From Thermodesulfovibrionales bacterium (GTDB taxonomy: Bacteria; Nitrospirota; Thermodesulfovibrionia; Thermodesulfovibrionales; UBA9159), in assembly GCA_035524455.1 (NCBI GenBank), contig DATKOU010000219.1:1-40912 (forward strand): DNA of 40,912 nt, read 5' to 3'. A program made the translations under genes and the position numbers. Under the pieces are notes generated by a model. It worked only from the letters and a program-made list of their open reading frames with translations. It was not told the origin of the DNA and did no database searches. How positions within the stretch are numbered: position 1 is the first letter of the stretch; each line of letters begins with the position of its first letter. This document shows positions 8,507 through 16,223 of the stretch, piece after piece.

Positions 8507-9787
8507 CTATAATGTTGCTATCTTAAACTGTTTTATTTTTCTCTGGAGCTGCTGACGGTAAATACCGAGTTCATCAGCGGCCTTTGATATGTTTCCCCGG
8601 GACTTTTGCAACGCGGACCATATCAATTCCCTTTCGAGATTCTCAAGGGCATTCTTCAGGTTCCTGCTGGATGCTGCCTTTCTGGGAGCGGCCTGCGCAA
8701 GGCAAGAAGGAAGGTCTGAAGGCATGATGACAGGACTGTTGGCAAAGGAGATAGCGCGTTCGATAATATTTTCAAGTTCCCTCGCATTTCCGGGATAGGA
8801 GTGGTCGAGCAAAATGCTCAACGCGTCATCCGATATGCCTCTTATCAGGAAATCTTTTCTCTTGGTCGCATGCTTCTTTACGAAATGTTCTGCGAGCAGC
8901 GGCACATCCTCAATTCTGTCTCTCAGCGGCGGGAGATGGATATTAATGACGTTTAGCCGGTAAAAGAGGTCCTCCCTAAAGATGCCTTTTTGACAATCGT
9001 TCTTCAGGTTCCTGCTCGTAGCCGCAATAATCCTCACATCAATCTTCTGGGGACGCGATCCTCCGATCCGCATGATCTCGCCTTCCTGAATCACTCTCAG
9101 TATCTTTACCTGAAAGAGCGGGGAGACGTCACCGATCTCATCGAAAAGAACAGTGCCTCCGTCTGCAAGTTCGAGCAGCCCCTTTTTCGTGTAATTCGCA
9201 CCCGTGAAAGCCCCTTTTTCGAAACCGAACAGCTCCGATTCGAGGAGCGTGTCCGGTATGGCGCTGCAGTTGATCGTCATGAAGGCCCTTCCGCTGCGAG
9301 GACTCCACCGATGAATTGCCCGCGCAACAAGCTCTTTACCGGTGCCGCTCGCTCCTGTGATGAGAACATTACTCTCGCTGACAGCGGCCTTCCTGATTAG
9401 ACCAAAGACCTCCTGCATCGGCGGGCTTATACCTATGATCTCGTCAAAACCATGCTTGTGGTCGAGAATCTTCTTTCCGTGACCCTTGATCACATCACCC
9501 AGGCTGGCAAGCGTAAGGGGTTTACCGAGGAAATCAGAGGCGCCGAGTTTCATCGCTTCGACAGCCAATCTAACGTCCGGGGCCGACAAGGCGATAACAG
9601 GCATGCGCTGACGCAGCTCAATGAGTTTCTGCTGCCATCCTTGACTGTCGAGGTCTAGTAAGGCGATGTCGTAGGCAAAGGAAACATCTTTCTGTTTCTG
9701 ATGCTCTTTCTGGGGAACAAAGCCATGTGACTTGAGCATCGCATAGATCTTTTTTGCATCATCGGAGATAACCAGGATGTTAAGCAT
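8507..9787 (-). CDS. Sigma-54-dependent transcriptional activator (NtrC-family response regulator: short REC + AAA+ + Fis-type HTH)
   Basis: 426 aa with Walker A GASGTGKE, sigma-54 contact loop EKGAFTGA, Walker B VLFDEIGD and C-terminal HTH GNISKAADELGIYRQQLQRKIK. The short N-terminal receiver keeps SDD, LLDLD and GKP. Confidence 0.9.
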   Translation of the reverse strand: MLNILVISDDAKKIYAMLKSHGFVPQKEHQKQKDVSFAYDIALLDLDSQGWQQKLIELRQRMPVIALSAPDVRLAVEAMKLGASDFLGKPLTLASLGDVIKGHGKKILDHKHGFDEIIGISPPMQEVFGLIRKAAVSESNVLITGASGTGKELVARAIHRWSPRSGRAFMTINCSAIPDTLLESELFGFEKGAFTGANYTKKGLLELADGGTVLFDEIGDVSPLFQVKILRVIQEGEIMRIGGSRPQKIDVRIIAATSRNLKNDCQKGIFREDLFYRLNVINIHLPPLRDRIEDVPLLAEHFVKKHATKRKDFLIRGISDDALSILLDHSYPGNARELENIIERAISFANSPVIMPSDLPSCLAQAAPRKAASSRNLKNALENLERELIWSALQKSRGNISKAADELGIYRQQLQRKIKQFKIATL

Positions 9788-9881
9788 ACGGATATTTTAA
9801 TACACTGTCAGCACAAAAACATAAAAAAAGGACGTCCGATAGAAACTAATGGAAACCATGCGTCGGATATAGTTTTTGCGT

Positions 9882-10046
9882 TTAATTTAAATAGAACGGA
9901 AACATAGCCTTCCCCTTTATCAGAAGTTTCGGTATTGTACCACCTCCTAAGTATAGAGAAAAAGAGAGGGATGCAGGGATAGATATTCTTTCAATGTTTC
10001 TTGAAAGGGAGGCGGATAACACATCAGAACCTTCTTTTTCTTTCAT
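9882..10046 (-). CDS. Possible small ORF (54 aa) immediately downstream of repeat A
   Basis: This is an internal ATG of ORF 9882..10190. GGGAGG lies 6 nt upstream (minus strand AAAGGGAGGTTGCAGATGAAAGAA). The sequence has no recognisable domain and could be non-coding. Confidence 0.25.
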   Translation of the reverse strand: MKEKEGSDVLSASLSRNIERISIPASLSFSLYLGGGTIPKLLIKGKAMFPFYLN

Positions 10047-10072
10047 CTGCAACCTCCCTTTAAGCAATATGC

Positions 10073-10195
10073 GTATTCCGAACCATCGCGACCAGTCATT
10101 CCGGAGTAACGCGACCACTGATTCCTGGCTGAGCGCGACCACTTTTAGGGTGGTTCCGGAACAGTTAGTCGCTATGAGCGGAATCGGCACAACAA
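10073..10195 (+). repeat. ATTCCG-rich ~115-bp repeat, copy A (upstream of the dsrM-like gene)
   Basis: It aligns by eye with 13027-13147 in the same orientation at roughly 70-75% identity. Shared blocks are CGACCrGTCATTCCGrAG, CCACTGATTCCkGG, CCACTTT, CCGGAACAG and TATGrnyCGGAAyG. ATTCCG-type hexamers sit at 10075, 10098, 10121 and 10153, with an inverted copy at 10179. Confidence 0.7.
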
Positions 10196-10490
10196 ATTGA
10201 ATGACCTATTTTTGCATAAACCTGCCGTCAGGTGTAAAGCAAATTCTAAACTTTTATCTTATAGACATAAATTTTAATGATATAAGAATTATAGTTTGAC
10301 ATTTAGATAAAAACGTTTAAGATAATAGAAAGGGAGAGGCGGGAAGGTATCTAATAGCTAACAGATCTAATGGTGGTGCGTGTCTTGGTTCCTTTTCTTC
10401 ATTGCGGTTGCAGGAATGTGTGCTTCGAAAAATATATCCAGGAATATACTTGTCAAGGCAAAAACTACTTAACATAGAGAGGAGGTAGTT

Positions 10491-11399
10491 ATGTCAGGGT
10501 TACAATGGTTTATGGTGCTGTTTGGATGGTTTTCGCTCGTGGTTTTCGTGGTGGGAGCTGCGTATAAGGCCGTAAAGTTTTCTAAAATGCCGTTAAACCT
10601 GCGCTGGGAGGTTTATCCGGTTCCCCATGAAGAGGGGGAGAAACGTCATTATGGCGGCTCTTACATGGAGGAGATGGACTGGGCTAAAAAGCCCTTGCCC
10701 AGCTCACTTGCAGGAGAGATTGTGGAGATGGGCTCTGAGATATTCTTCCTGAAAAAGGTGAGAGTGTATAATCCTTATAACCTGTGGTTCTTTTCGATGG
10801 CGATGCACTGGGGTATTTATTTACTTTTCGGCTGGGTCTTCCTCCTGGTAATAGGGGCTATTTTAAAGGTTGATGCCTTATCACAGATTACCGGCATCGT
10901 CGGCATAGTTTCATTTGTCCTGGGAGCCTTCGGTTGCCTGACTCTTATAATCAAGAGGGCAACAAACAGCGAGCTTAAGCTTTACACGGAACCTGTAGAG
11001 TATTTCAACCTCCTTTTGCTGTTTGCAATCTTTGTGACAGGCATTATGTCCTGGCGTGTGGACCCTTCCTTTGCCGGCTCCAGGGACTACGTAGGAGGTG
11101 CCATCTTTTTTAACCCCACTCCCGTACCCTCGATCGTACTGTTGAACTTCCTTCTTTTTGAGATCTTCTTAATCTATATGCCCTTTTCGAAATATCTTCA
11201 TTACCTGGCAAAATATTTCAATTTCCACAAGAGCTTATGGGATGATGCATTCAAGCAGAAAGGCTCGCCCAAAGACTTAAAGAACATCGAACAGGTCGGC
11301 TACACTGTACACTGGGCAGGTCCGCATGCGTCTCCTGATGAGACCTGGCTCGAAAATGCACAGAAGTGGCTTTTAGAAAAGAAGGAGGAAAAGAAATGA
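10491..11399 (+). CDS. DsrM/HmeC/NarI-like integral membrane cytochrome b-type subunit (second copy)
   Basis: 302 aa with multiple TM helices and an AGGAGG RBS. It ends in a PFSKYLHYLAKYF segment analogous to PFSKLMHMGG of DsrM at 34254..35255. Its stop overlaps the start of the DsrK-like gene in an ATGA overlap at 11396-11399. Confidence 0.7.
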   Translation: MSGLQWFMVLFGWFSLVVFVVGAAYKAVKFSKMPLNLRWEVYPVPHEEGEKRHYGGSYMEEMDWAKKPLPSSLAGEIVEMGSEIFFLKKVRVYNPYNLWFFSMAMHWGIYLLFGWVFLLVIGAILKVDALSQITGIVGIVSFVLGAFGCLTLIIKRATNSELKLYTEPVEYFNLLLLFAIFVTGIMSWRVDPSFAGSRDYVGGAIFFNPTPVPSIVLLNFLLFEIFLIYMPFSKYLHYLAKYFNFHKSLWDDAFKQKGSPKDLKNIEQVGYTVHWAGPHASPDETWLENAQKWLLEKKEEKK

Positions 11400-13000
11400 A
11401 AAACCAGGTTAGTTTTAGAGATATAGCCAGGCTTACGGATGAGCCACTTATTAACCTCGAAGTGAAAGATTTGATGGAACTTCCTGTGGAAGAGCCTCCT
11501 ATGGAGCCTCCCAAAGAAAAATGGCTTGAATCGTATGATTTTTCTCTTGACGGACATACACCTTTTGATTATCCGAAACCAAAGACTCAGGAGGAGAAGG
11601 AAAAATTAGTTTTCGGTTTTATGAGCGGACTTGAAAAACTTTTTAACCGTGAAGCTAACTGGACATTCCTTAAGATCTTCAAGCTCTCGATGGATTACTG
11701 TGTGAAATGCCAGACCTGTTCCGAGGCATGTCATACATATCTTGCAAGCGGCAGGCAGGAGATATACAGACCTACCTACAGGTCGGAGATATTGAGGAAG
11801 TTATACAAGAGGTATTTTACCCCAAGTGGAAAGCTCCTTAAGTCTTTTGTAGGCGCTGATGTAGAGGCCAATTACAAGACAGTATGGAGGCTTTTAGAAT
11901 TGGCTTACCGTTGCAATGTCTGCAGAAGGTGTGCCTCTTATTGTCCCGTAGGAGTAGACAACGCCCTGATAGCAAGGGAGATAAGAAAGGTCTTCAGCCA
12001 GGAGCTTGGGATCGCGCCATTAGAATTGTTGAGGAAGGGGTCGAGACAGCACCTTGCGAAAGGTTCTACTACAGGAATGACCCCTGCGGCATGCAAGGCT
12101 ACTATAGAGTTTCTGGAAGAGGATATGGAAGAAAGAACCGGCAGGAAGATTAAGATTCCTATAGACAAGAAAGGAGCTGACATCCTTTTGATGCAGAATG
12201 CAGGAGAGTTTCTTGCATGGCCCGATAACCCTGAAGCGTTTGCGATACTCTTCGATGCTGCGGGCATTAACTATACGTTAAGCAGTGAGATGTGCGGATA
12301 TGACGCGGTGAACTATGGTGTATGGTTTGACGATATAGAGGCGGCGAGAGTAGGCTTAAAGCACCTGTCGATAGCAAAGGACCTGGGTGTTAAGAAGATA
12401 GTGGTAGGGGAATGCGGGCATGCCCATAAGGCGATGTGCGTACTCCTCGACCGCATAGCGCCGGGAGACTTTGCCCTTCCACTTCTTCCGCGTGAAAGCT
12501 GTCTGCCGCTCTTCTGGGACATAGTAAAAAGTGGACGAGTTAAATTAGACCCTAGCAGGAATAACTTCCCTACCGTCCTGCATGATTCCTGTAATGTGGT
12601 GAGGCTGATGGGAATCGTGAAACCGCAGCGCAATACGTTAAGTGCTATTTGTGCCCAGCCTTACAGAGAGATGAACCCGCATGGGCCGATGAACTATTGC
12701 TGCGGCGGCGGCAGCGGGTTTGCGATCATGAATTCCCTCAATTTCCCGCAGTTCAGGAAGAAGGTGACTGAGCGGATGAAGGTAAAACAGATACTCGAGG
12801 CATTCAATGATGTCCTTGATCCAAGCATTAATAAGATGGTTGTTGCTCCATGCTCTAACTGTAAGGGCGCCCTGAGGGATGCCCTTCATTACTACGGACT
12901 CTGGGAGCACCACAGGATACTCTATTCGGGTCTGGTGGAGCTCATAGTCAATGCCATGGTCGATATCCCGCCGTTTTTGAAGTGGGAGTGGGAAGAGTAA
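11396..13000 (+). CDS. DsrK/HmeD/HdrD-like iron-sulfur (CCG-domain) subunit (second copy)
   Basis: ORF track 11366..13000. The preferred ATG at 11396 (MKNQVSF) follows GGAGGAAAAGAA. It has two ferredoxin-type clusters (CVKCQTCSEAC and CNVCRRCASYC) and CCG signatures HDSCN and NYCCGGGSGF. It is collinear with DsrK at 32626..34251. Confidence 0.8.
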   Translation: MKNQVSFRDIARLTDEPLINLEVKDLMELPVEEPPMEPPKEKWLESYDFSLDGHTPFDYPKPKTQEEKEKLVFGFMSGLEKLFNREANWTFLKIFKLSMDYCVKCQTCSEACHTYLASGRQEIYRPTYRSEILRKLYKRYFTPSGKLLKSFVGADVEANYKTVWRLLELAYRCNVCRRCASYCPVGVDNALIAREIRKVFSQELGIAPLELLRKGSRQHLAKGSTTGMTPAACKATIEFLEEDMEERTGRKIKIPIDKKGADILLMQNAGEFLAWPDNPEAFAILFDAAGINYTLSSEMCGYDAVNYGVWFDDIEAARVGLKHLSIAKDLGVKKIVVGECGHAHKAMCVLLDRIAPGDFALPLLPRESCLPLFWDIVKSGRVKLDPSRNNFPTVLHDSCNVVRLMGIVKPQRNTLSAICAQPYREMNPHGPMNYCCGGGSGFAIMNSLNFPQFRKKVTERMKVKQILEAFNDVLDPSINKMVVAPCSNCKGALRDALHYYGLWEHHRILYSGLVELIVNAMVDIPPFLKWEWEE

Positions 13001-13026
13001 GAGGCATAATTCTGTATAGGGCAAAT

Positions 13027-13147
13027 CGACCGGTCATTCCGAAGCAGGTTGTCCACTGATTCCGGGGCATTCCGTACGGCGATTCCGCTCTGAAGCCGTC
13101 CACTTTATTAGTGAGGCCGGAACAGGTGGCCGGTATGGATCGGAACG
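13027..13147 (+). repeat. ATTCCG-rich repeat, copy B (27 nt after the DsrK-like stop)
   Basis: Homologous to 10073-10195 (see copy A), with a ~20-nt extra segment. ATTCCG hexamers sit at 13036, 13059, 13069 and 13082. Inverted CGGAAC-type copies sit near 13107 and 13140. Confidence 0.7.
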
Positions 13148-13493
13148 AAGAAAATTCTATCTGAACGCATAGTCTTAGCTGGGTGAAATCCGTCATTCTA
13201 TCTTCTTATCATAATTAGAGGAGGAGTTCATCAGGCCGGATGTAGGGACAAGAAACTCCCCTATGGCCGATTCAAGTTCGATCAGGTTGCAAGCACACAT
13301 GCCGATGTGGTCATAGCGCCCTGTCATAACTGCCATACACAGTTTGAGCAATTGTGCGAGAAATACCATGGCAGCTATGAGACGTGGCACTTGTGGGATC
13401 TCATTATAAAGGCGCTTGTCAGATGATCTCTTCTGCCGGGCAGAGGAATCGCGAATCGCTGTGGTTAGACGTCCAGTCTAACTATTGTATGTA

Positions 13494-13844
13494 TCAGGTA
13501 CAGCCTGCGGTGAAAGGAATGCCGGCATATTTGCATGCTTTCATTACTGGTTGCTCTTTGAACAAATCGTAGAGAGATTTGACGGTGTATTTTCCGTCCC
13601 CAAGCCTCTTGTTGAGGTTTTTGACAATAAATTTGGGATGAGGGCAGTTCTGGTAGGTTATGTAATACCAGCGCACGAAATTGATAACATCCCAGTGATC
13701 TTTTGAAAGTTCAATCCCATCTTCTTTGCTCAAGTAAATCGCTAATTCCTCGCACCAATCTTCGGCACATTTCAGATTACCGTCTTCGTCGACTTCAATT
13801 GTTTTGCCTTGAACTTCGATATATCGTGTCGCCAAGGGTTCCAT
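13494..13844 (-). CDS. DsrC-family protein, paralogue retaining both C-terminal-arm cysteines
   Basis: ORF track 13494..13901. The preferred ATG at 13844 (MEPLATRYIEVQGKTIEVDEDG) follows GGGAGGA. It is collinear with DsrC at 35996..36331. The C-terminus CKYAGIPFTAGCT matches canonical CKIAGLPKPTGCV, with the same 10-residue spacing between cysteines. Confidence 0.8.
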   Translation of the reverse strand: MEPLATRYIEVQGKTIEVDEDGNLKCAEDWCEELAIYLSKEDGIELSKDHWDVINFVRWYYITYQNCPHPKFIVKNLNKRLGDGKYTVKSLYDLFKEQPVMKACKYAGIPFTAGCT

Positions 13845-13880
13845 CGTTATCCTCCCTATAGCTATAATTAATATATAGGG

Positions 13881-13926
13881 TACTAATTCTATATATAACA
13901 CAATTCGTTACTAAATGCAATGGCAT
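13881..13926. repeat. Promoter-block direct repeat, copy 1
   Basis: TACTAATTCTATATATAACACAATTCGTTACTAAATGCAATGGCAT is repeated at 13983-14036 with a 7-nt insertion and 3 substitutions. Confidence 0.75.
13892..13920 (-). promoter_or_regulatory. Sigma-70-type promoter for the DsrC paralogue
   Basis: The minus strand reads TTGCAT-(17 nt)-TATATA, with TG one nt upstream of the -10 (extended -10). The predicted start is ~40 nt before the ATG at 13844. Confidence 0.4.
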
Positions 13927-13982
13927 ATACATGTTGCAATCATTTTCGACGTAGCTCCTTAGATTCATCAAAACAAGATCAA

Positions 13983-14036
13983 TACTAATTCTGTATAATT
14001 CGTATAACACAATTTGTTACTAAATGCAATGGCGTG
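13983..14036. repeat. Promoter-block direct repeat, copy 2
   Basis: TACTAATTCTGTATAATTCGTATAACACAATTTGTTACTAAATGCAATGGCGTG. On the minus strand it gives TTGCAT-(17 nt)-TATACG, a degraded copy of the promoter in copy 1. Confidence 0.75.
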
Positions 14037-14223
14037 TCAGGGTTGTTGTGAATCGCCTTTATAGCCGGGAGCCTCATAAGAAGTCAGACAATTTGCGAGA
14101 AAGGGCGGGCTATAATAATGGAAAACTTCTTCCTTTTAAACCGTTACAGGGCGTTTTTGAGTGAAGTCAAAAAATATGTATGTAATATTTCTATTTGGAG
14201 TTATAATAATTGTTAGAGTACTT

Positions 14224-14490
14224 ATGAAAAAGAATTGTTGGGAATACAGCAGGTGTGGAAGGGAACGAGGCGGCAGGAACGAAAAGGAACTTGGGATATG
14301 TCCAGCTGCAGCGGAGGAAAGGCTCAATGGTGTTCATGGCGGCATAAATGCAGGCAGAGCTTGCTGGGCAGTTGCTCAGGTATTTTGTGACTGTACTCGG
14401 TGCAATTTTTTTCAGTTAGTAAAAGAAGAAGAAGGTACCAATTACGAAACATCTCTGGCCTTGCTTAAGAAGCTAACTACTAGCAAATAA
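14224..14490 (+). CDS. Small cysteine-rich two-CW-domain-like protein
   Basis: ORF track 14161..14490. From ATG 14224 it reads MKKNCWEYSRCGRERGGRNEKELGICPAAAEERLNGVHGGINAGRACWAVAQVFCDCTRCNFF. This gives two CW motifs and 7 Cys in 60 residues. The alternative ATG at 14176 would add the hydrophobic leader YVIFLFGVIIIV. Neither start has a strong RBS. Confidence 0.6.
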   Translation: MKKNCWEYSRCGRERGGRNEKELGICPAAAEERLNGVHGGINAGRACWAVAQVFCDCTRCNFFQLVKEEEGTNYETSLALLKKLTTSK

Positions 14491-14524
14491 ACCAGCACGC
14501 CTCTGGATATAGACTAAATGTAAG

Positions 14525-15142
14525 ATGATGGACCAATCCCCATCCAAGCCGTTGGACAAATATGGTTTAACGCGCATAGTAATCGCGGTGCTTATTGGAT
14601 TCATTGTCTTATGGGCTTTGGCCAATCTCACTGCTGCAGCAGGCGGCGCCAAGATACCAGATGACCTCGGTGTCATACATGGGATTACAGAGAAGACTTC
14701 GTATCAAACACGAAAGTCACTTCGTGCCAAACGCCAGCTTCGCCCTTTGGATGCCTTAGAATCTGGAGGGCACGTGGCTGATACTCCCCGAGGAACTTAT
14801 TTTTTCATTTTTTACCGTGATTTGAGGGCACATGAGGGCAGAATGGTTAAGGAGTTGGGTGCCCAGCGTGCAAACCGGTACAGAGAGGGCAATGCCTTTT
14901 TCGAGGTTCACCTTCTAAAGGTTGGACCGCCCATTATTTTAGGTTTCGCTTCAGAAAGCGACGCCTTGCGAGTTAGCAGCCCATCAACACAGATTCAAAA
15001 GATATCTATCGCATCTGCCCCGTGGGAAAAGATGACCTCGCTACTATCCCTTCCAGCGGATCGTATAGTCTCTGCAGAAACGCGTACCGTTAGTCCTTCA
15101 GAAAGAGAATGGATGTATATTTTAGACTGTGATATCCGATGA
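14525..15142 (+). CDS. Hypothetical membrane-anchored protein (one N-terminal TM, ~150-aa unknown domain)
   Basis: 205-aa ORF starting 35 nt after the two-CW gene. The TM is IVIAVLIGFIVLWALANLTAAA. No family was recognised. A faint SPOR-like pattern (FFEVHLLKVGPPIILGFASESDALRV) is speculative. Confidence 0.55.
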   Translation: MMDQSPSKPLDKYGLTRIVIAVLIGFIVLWALANLTAAAGGAKIPDDLGVIHGITEKTSYQTRKSLRAKRQLRPLDALESGGHVADTPRGTYFFIFYRDLRAHEGRMVKELGAQRANRYREGNAFFEVHLLKVGPPIILGFASESDALRVSSPSTQIQKISIASAPWEKMTSLLSLPADRIVSAETRTVSPSEREWMYILDCDIR

Positions 15143-15156
15143 TTAGCAGTGCGTAG

Positions 15157-15414
15157 TCCGGTCGATCCACCGGCTCGCCCAAAACCGTGGGCTCCCGGTG
15201 GCACACTTTTGCGAGCTATCTCAGGCAAAACGGGGTAGACCTCCACACGATTTCAAAACTCTTAGGTCACAAGGATATCAGAATGACTCAGAGATATTCT
15301 CTTCTGTCGGTTGAGAATCTAAGGGAAGCTATCTCTGTCCTCGACAAATCAAGGTGTTACAATTTTGTTATATTTTTATTGGCGGTCCCAACGGGATTCG
15401 AACCCGTGTTTTAG
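15157..15414 (+). pseudogene. Tyrosine recombinase (phage-type integrase), C-terminal stub only
   Basis: The frame opens after a stop at 15154-15156. It encodes ...WHTFASYLRQNGVDLHTISKLLGHKDIRMTQRYSLLSVENL, which is the HxxR...GH...Y catalytic end of integrases (~60 aa). The N-terminal ~250-300 aa are absent. The ORF reads into the tRNA-fragment repeat. Confidence 0.65.
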
Positions 15415-15423
15415 CCTTGAGAG
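15380..15423 (-). repeat. Orphan 3' fragment of tRNA-Glu (att-type direct repeat)
   Basis: The 44 nt TGGCGGTCCCAACGGGATTCGAACCCGTGTTTTAGCCTTGAGAG are identical to 23776-23819. Identity extends one more base, so 15379 equals 23775. The fragment corresponds to the tRNA from the first anticodon-loop nucleotide to the CCA end. Confidence 0.9.
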
Positions 15424-15550
15424 CCCTAAATGGGCCATCTTGCTAAGTGGGCCTTCTACCTGTATTTTTATGAATTATACACTATTTTCAAGAAGTTTTA
15501 TCATTCCATCCTTTACGGTATTTTCAGGCATTTTACGCCCCTTTGGAAAT

Positions 15551-15673
15551 TTTTGGCTACATTTTGGCTACACTGACCGAGGGGCAAATGTCTTGGTGTT
15601 GCACGTGCCAGCATGACTTTTCCGCCAGCCCAGAAGATCTTCAGTCAGTCAAAATGGCTACATTATCGCTACA
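15551..15673 (+). repeat. Two tandem pairs of 11-mers ending in GCTACA (possible recombinase arm-type sites)
   Basis: TTTTGGCTACA-TTTTGGCTACA is a perfect tandem at 15551-15572. AAATGGCTACA-TTATCGCTACA sits at 15652-15673, ~101 bp away. Both lie in a ~500-bp non-coding stretch 130-250 bp inside the island end. Confidence 0.35.
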
Positions 15674-15938
15674 GTGTCTGACAGAAAAATATTTCGACTC
15701 GCGCCGTCAATTTGTCATAGCAGACGTGACCATAAGTCAAGAATCGCAACTCGTGGGCGTTTTCGTTTTGTCCTATCTTCAAAGCCAAGACAGCTCAAAT
15801 TCTTCTCACTCCAATCAAGGATGGAGGTTATCGAAAGCTCGTCGAGAATATTGTTTTTTTCCACCACACTCTTACTTTAATCCTAATTGCTGTGGAGGAA
15901 AATTCATTGCCTCACAGGAAGCTCTCAGGGGCGCCTCT

Positions 15939-16223
15939 CTAATCAAAAACCTCGAAACCCTTAAGGTAGTCGTCAAATCCTATAGGAGCTTCTATGCCCA
16001 GTTCTTTGAGCAGATCTATGGCCTCGCTTATGGATATATCGAGCTTCTTGGCCAAACCGGTAAGCGAAAGCTTCCCCTCTTTGTAGCTCTTAAGCATGAG
16101 GAAATCCCACCCGTATTCGAGCAGCTCGCGGGCTATGGCCGATTTATCCTTGCGCTCACTCATAGAAAGCTCCTCAAGCCTTTCCATATCCCTGTCTTTT
16201 AGTCTCAGGCTTATCACGCCCAT
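15939..16223 (-). CDS. Antitoxin: ribbon-helix-helix N-terminus fused to a UPF0175-like HTH C-terminus
   Basis: This is an internal ATG of ORF 15939..16460. The 94 aa read MGVISLRLKDRDMERLEELSMSERKDKSAIARELLEYG (RHH-like), then YKEGKLSLTGLAKKLDISISEAIDLLKELGIE (UPF0175-like). Its start overlaps the stop of the PIN gene. Confidence 0.7.
   Translation of the reverse strand: MGVISLRLKDRDMERLEELSMSERKDKSAIARELLEYGWDFLMLKSYKEGKLSLTGLAKKLDISISEAIDLLKELGIEAPIGFDDYLKGFEVFD

Noticed and set aside
10296-10323. TTGACA-N16-TAAGAT promoter-like sequence ~170 nt upstream of the dsrM-like gene
   Set aside because: It is plausible, but the surrounding DNA is so AT-rich that such matches are expected by chance. 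There is no supporting evidence, so it is not reported as a feature.
12948-13196. 82-aa minus-strand ORF (and the N-terminal part of 9882..10190) with similar peptide patterns
   Set aside because: Both are translations of the ATTCCG-rich DNA repeats. The similarity is at the nucleotide-repeat level, and there is no RBS or start context.
13193-13390. 65-aa GTG-initiated minus-strand ORF downstream of the DsrC paralogue
   Set aside because: It has no RBS and no recognisable domain. I could not support a transposase-fragment interpretation.
13920-13938. Sigma-54-like sequence TGGCAT-N7-TTGCA on the plus strand inside promoter-block copy 1
   Set aside because: GG and GC are 12 nt apart instead of the strictly conserved 10. 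The same bases are better explained as the -35 region (TTGCAT) of a minus-strand sigma-70 promoter.
15543-16202. 219-aa plus-strand ORF spanning the island's non-coding end and the antitoxin gene
   Set aside because: Its 3' half is antisense to the antitoxin. Its 5' half covers the GGCTACA repeat arrays and shows low-complexity, non-protein-like sequence.
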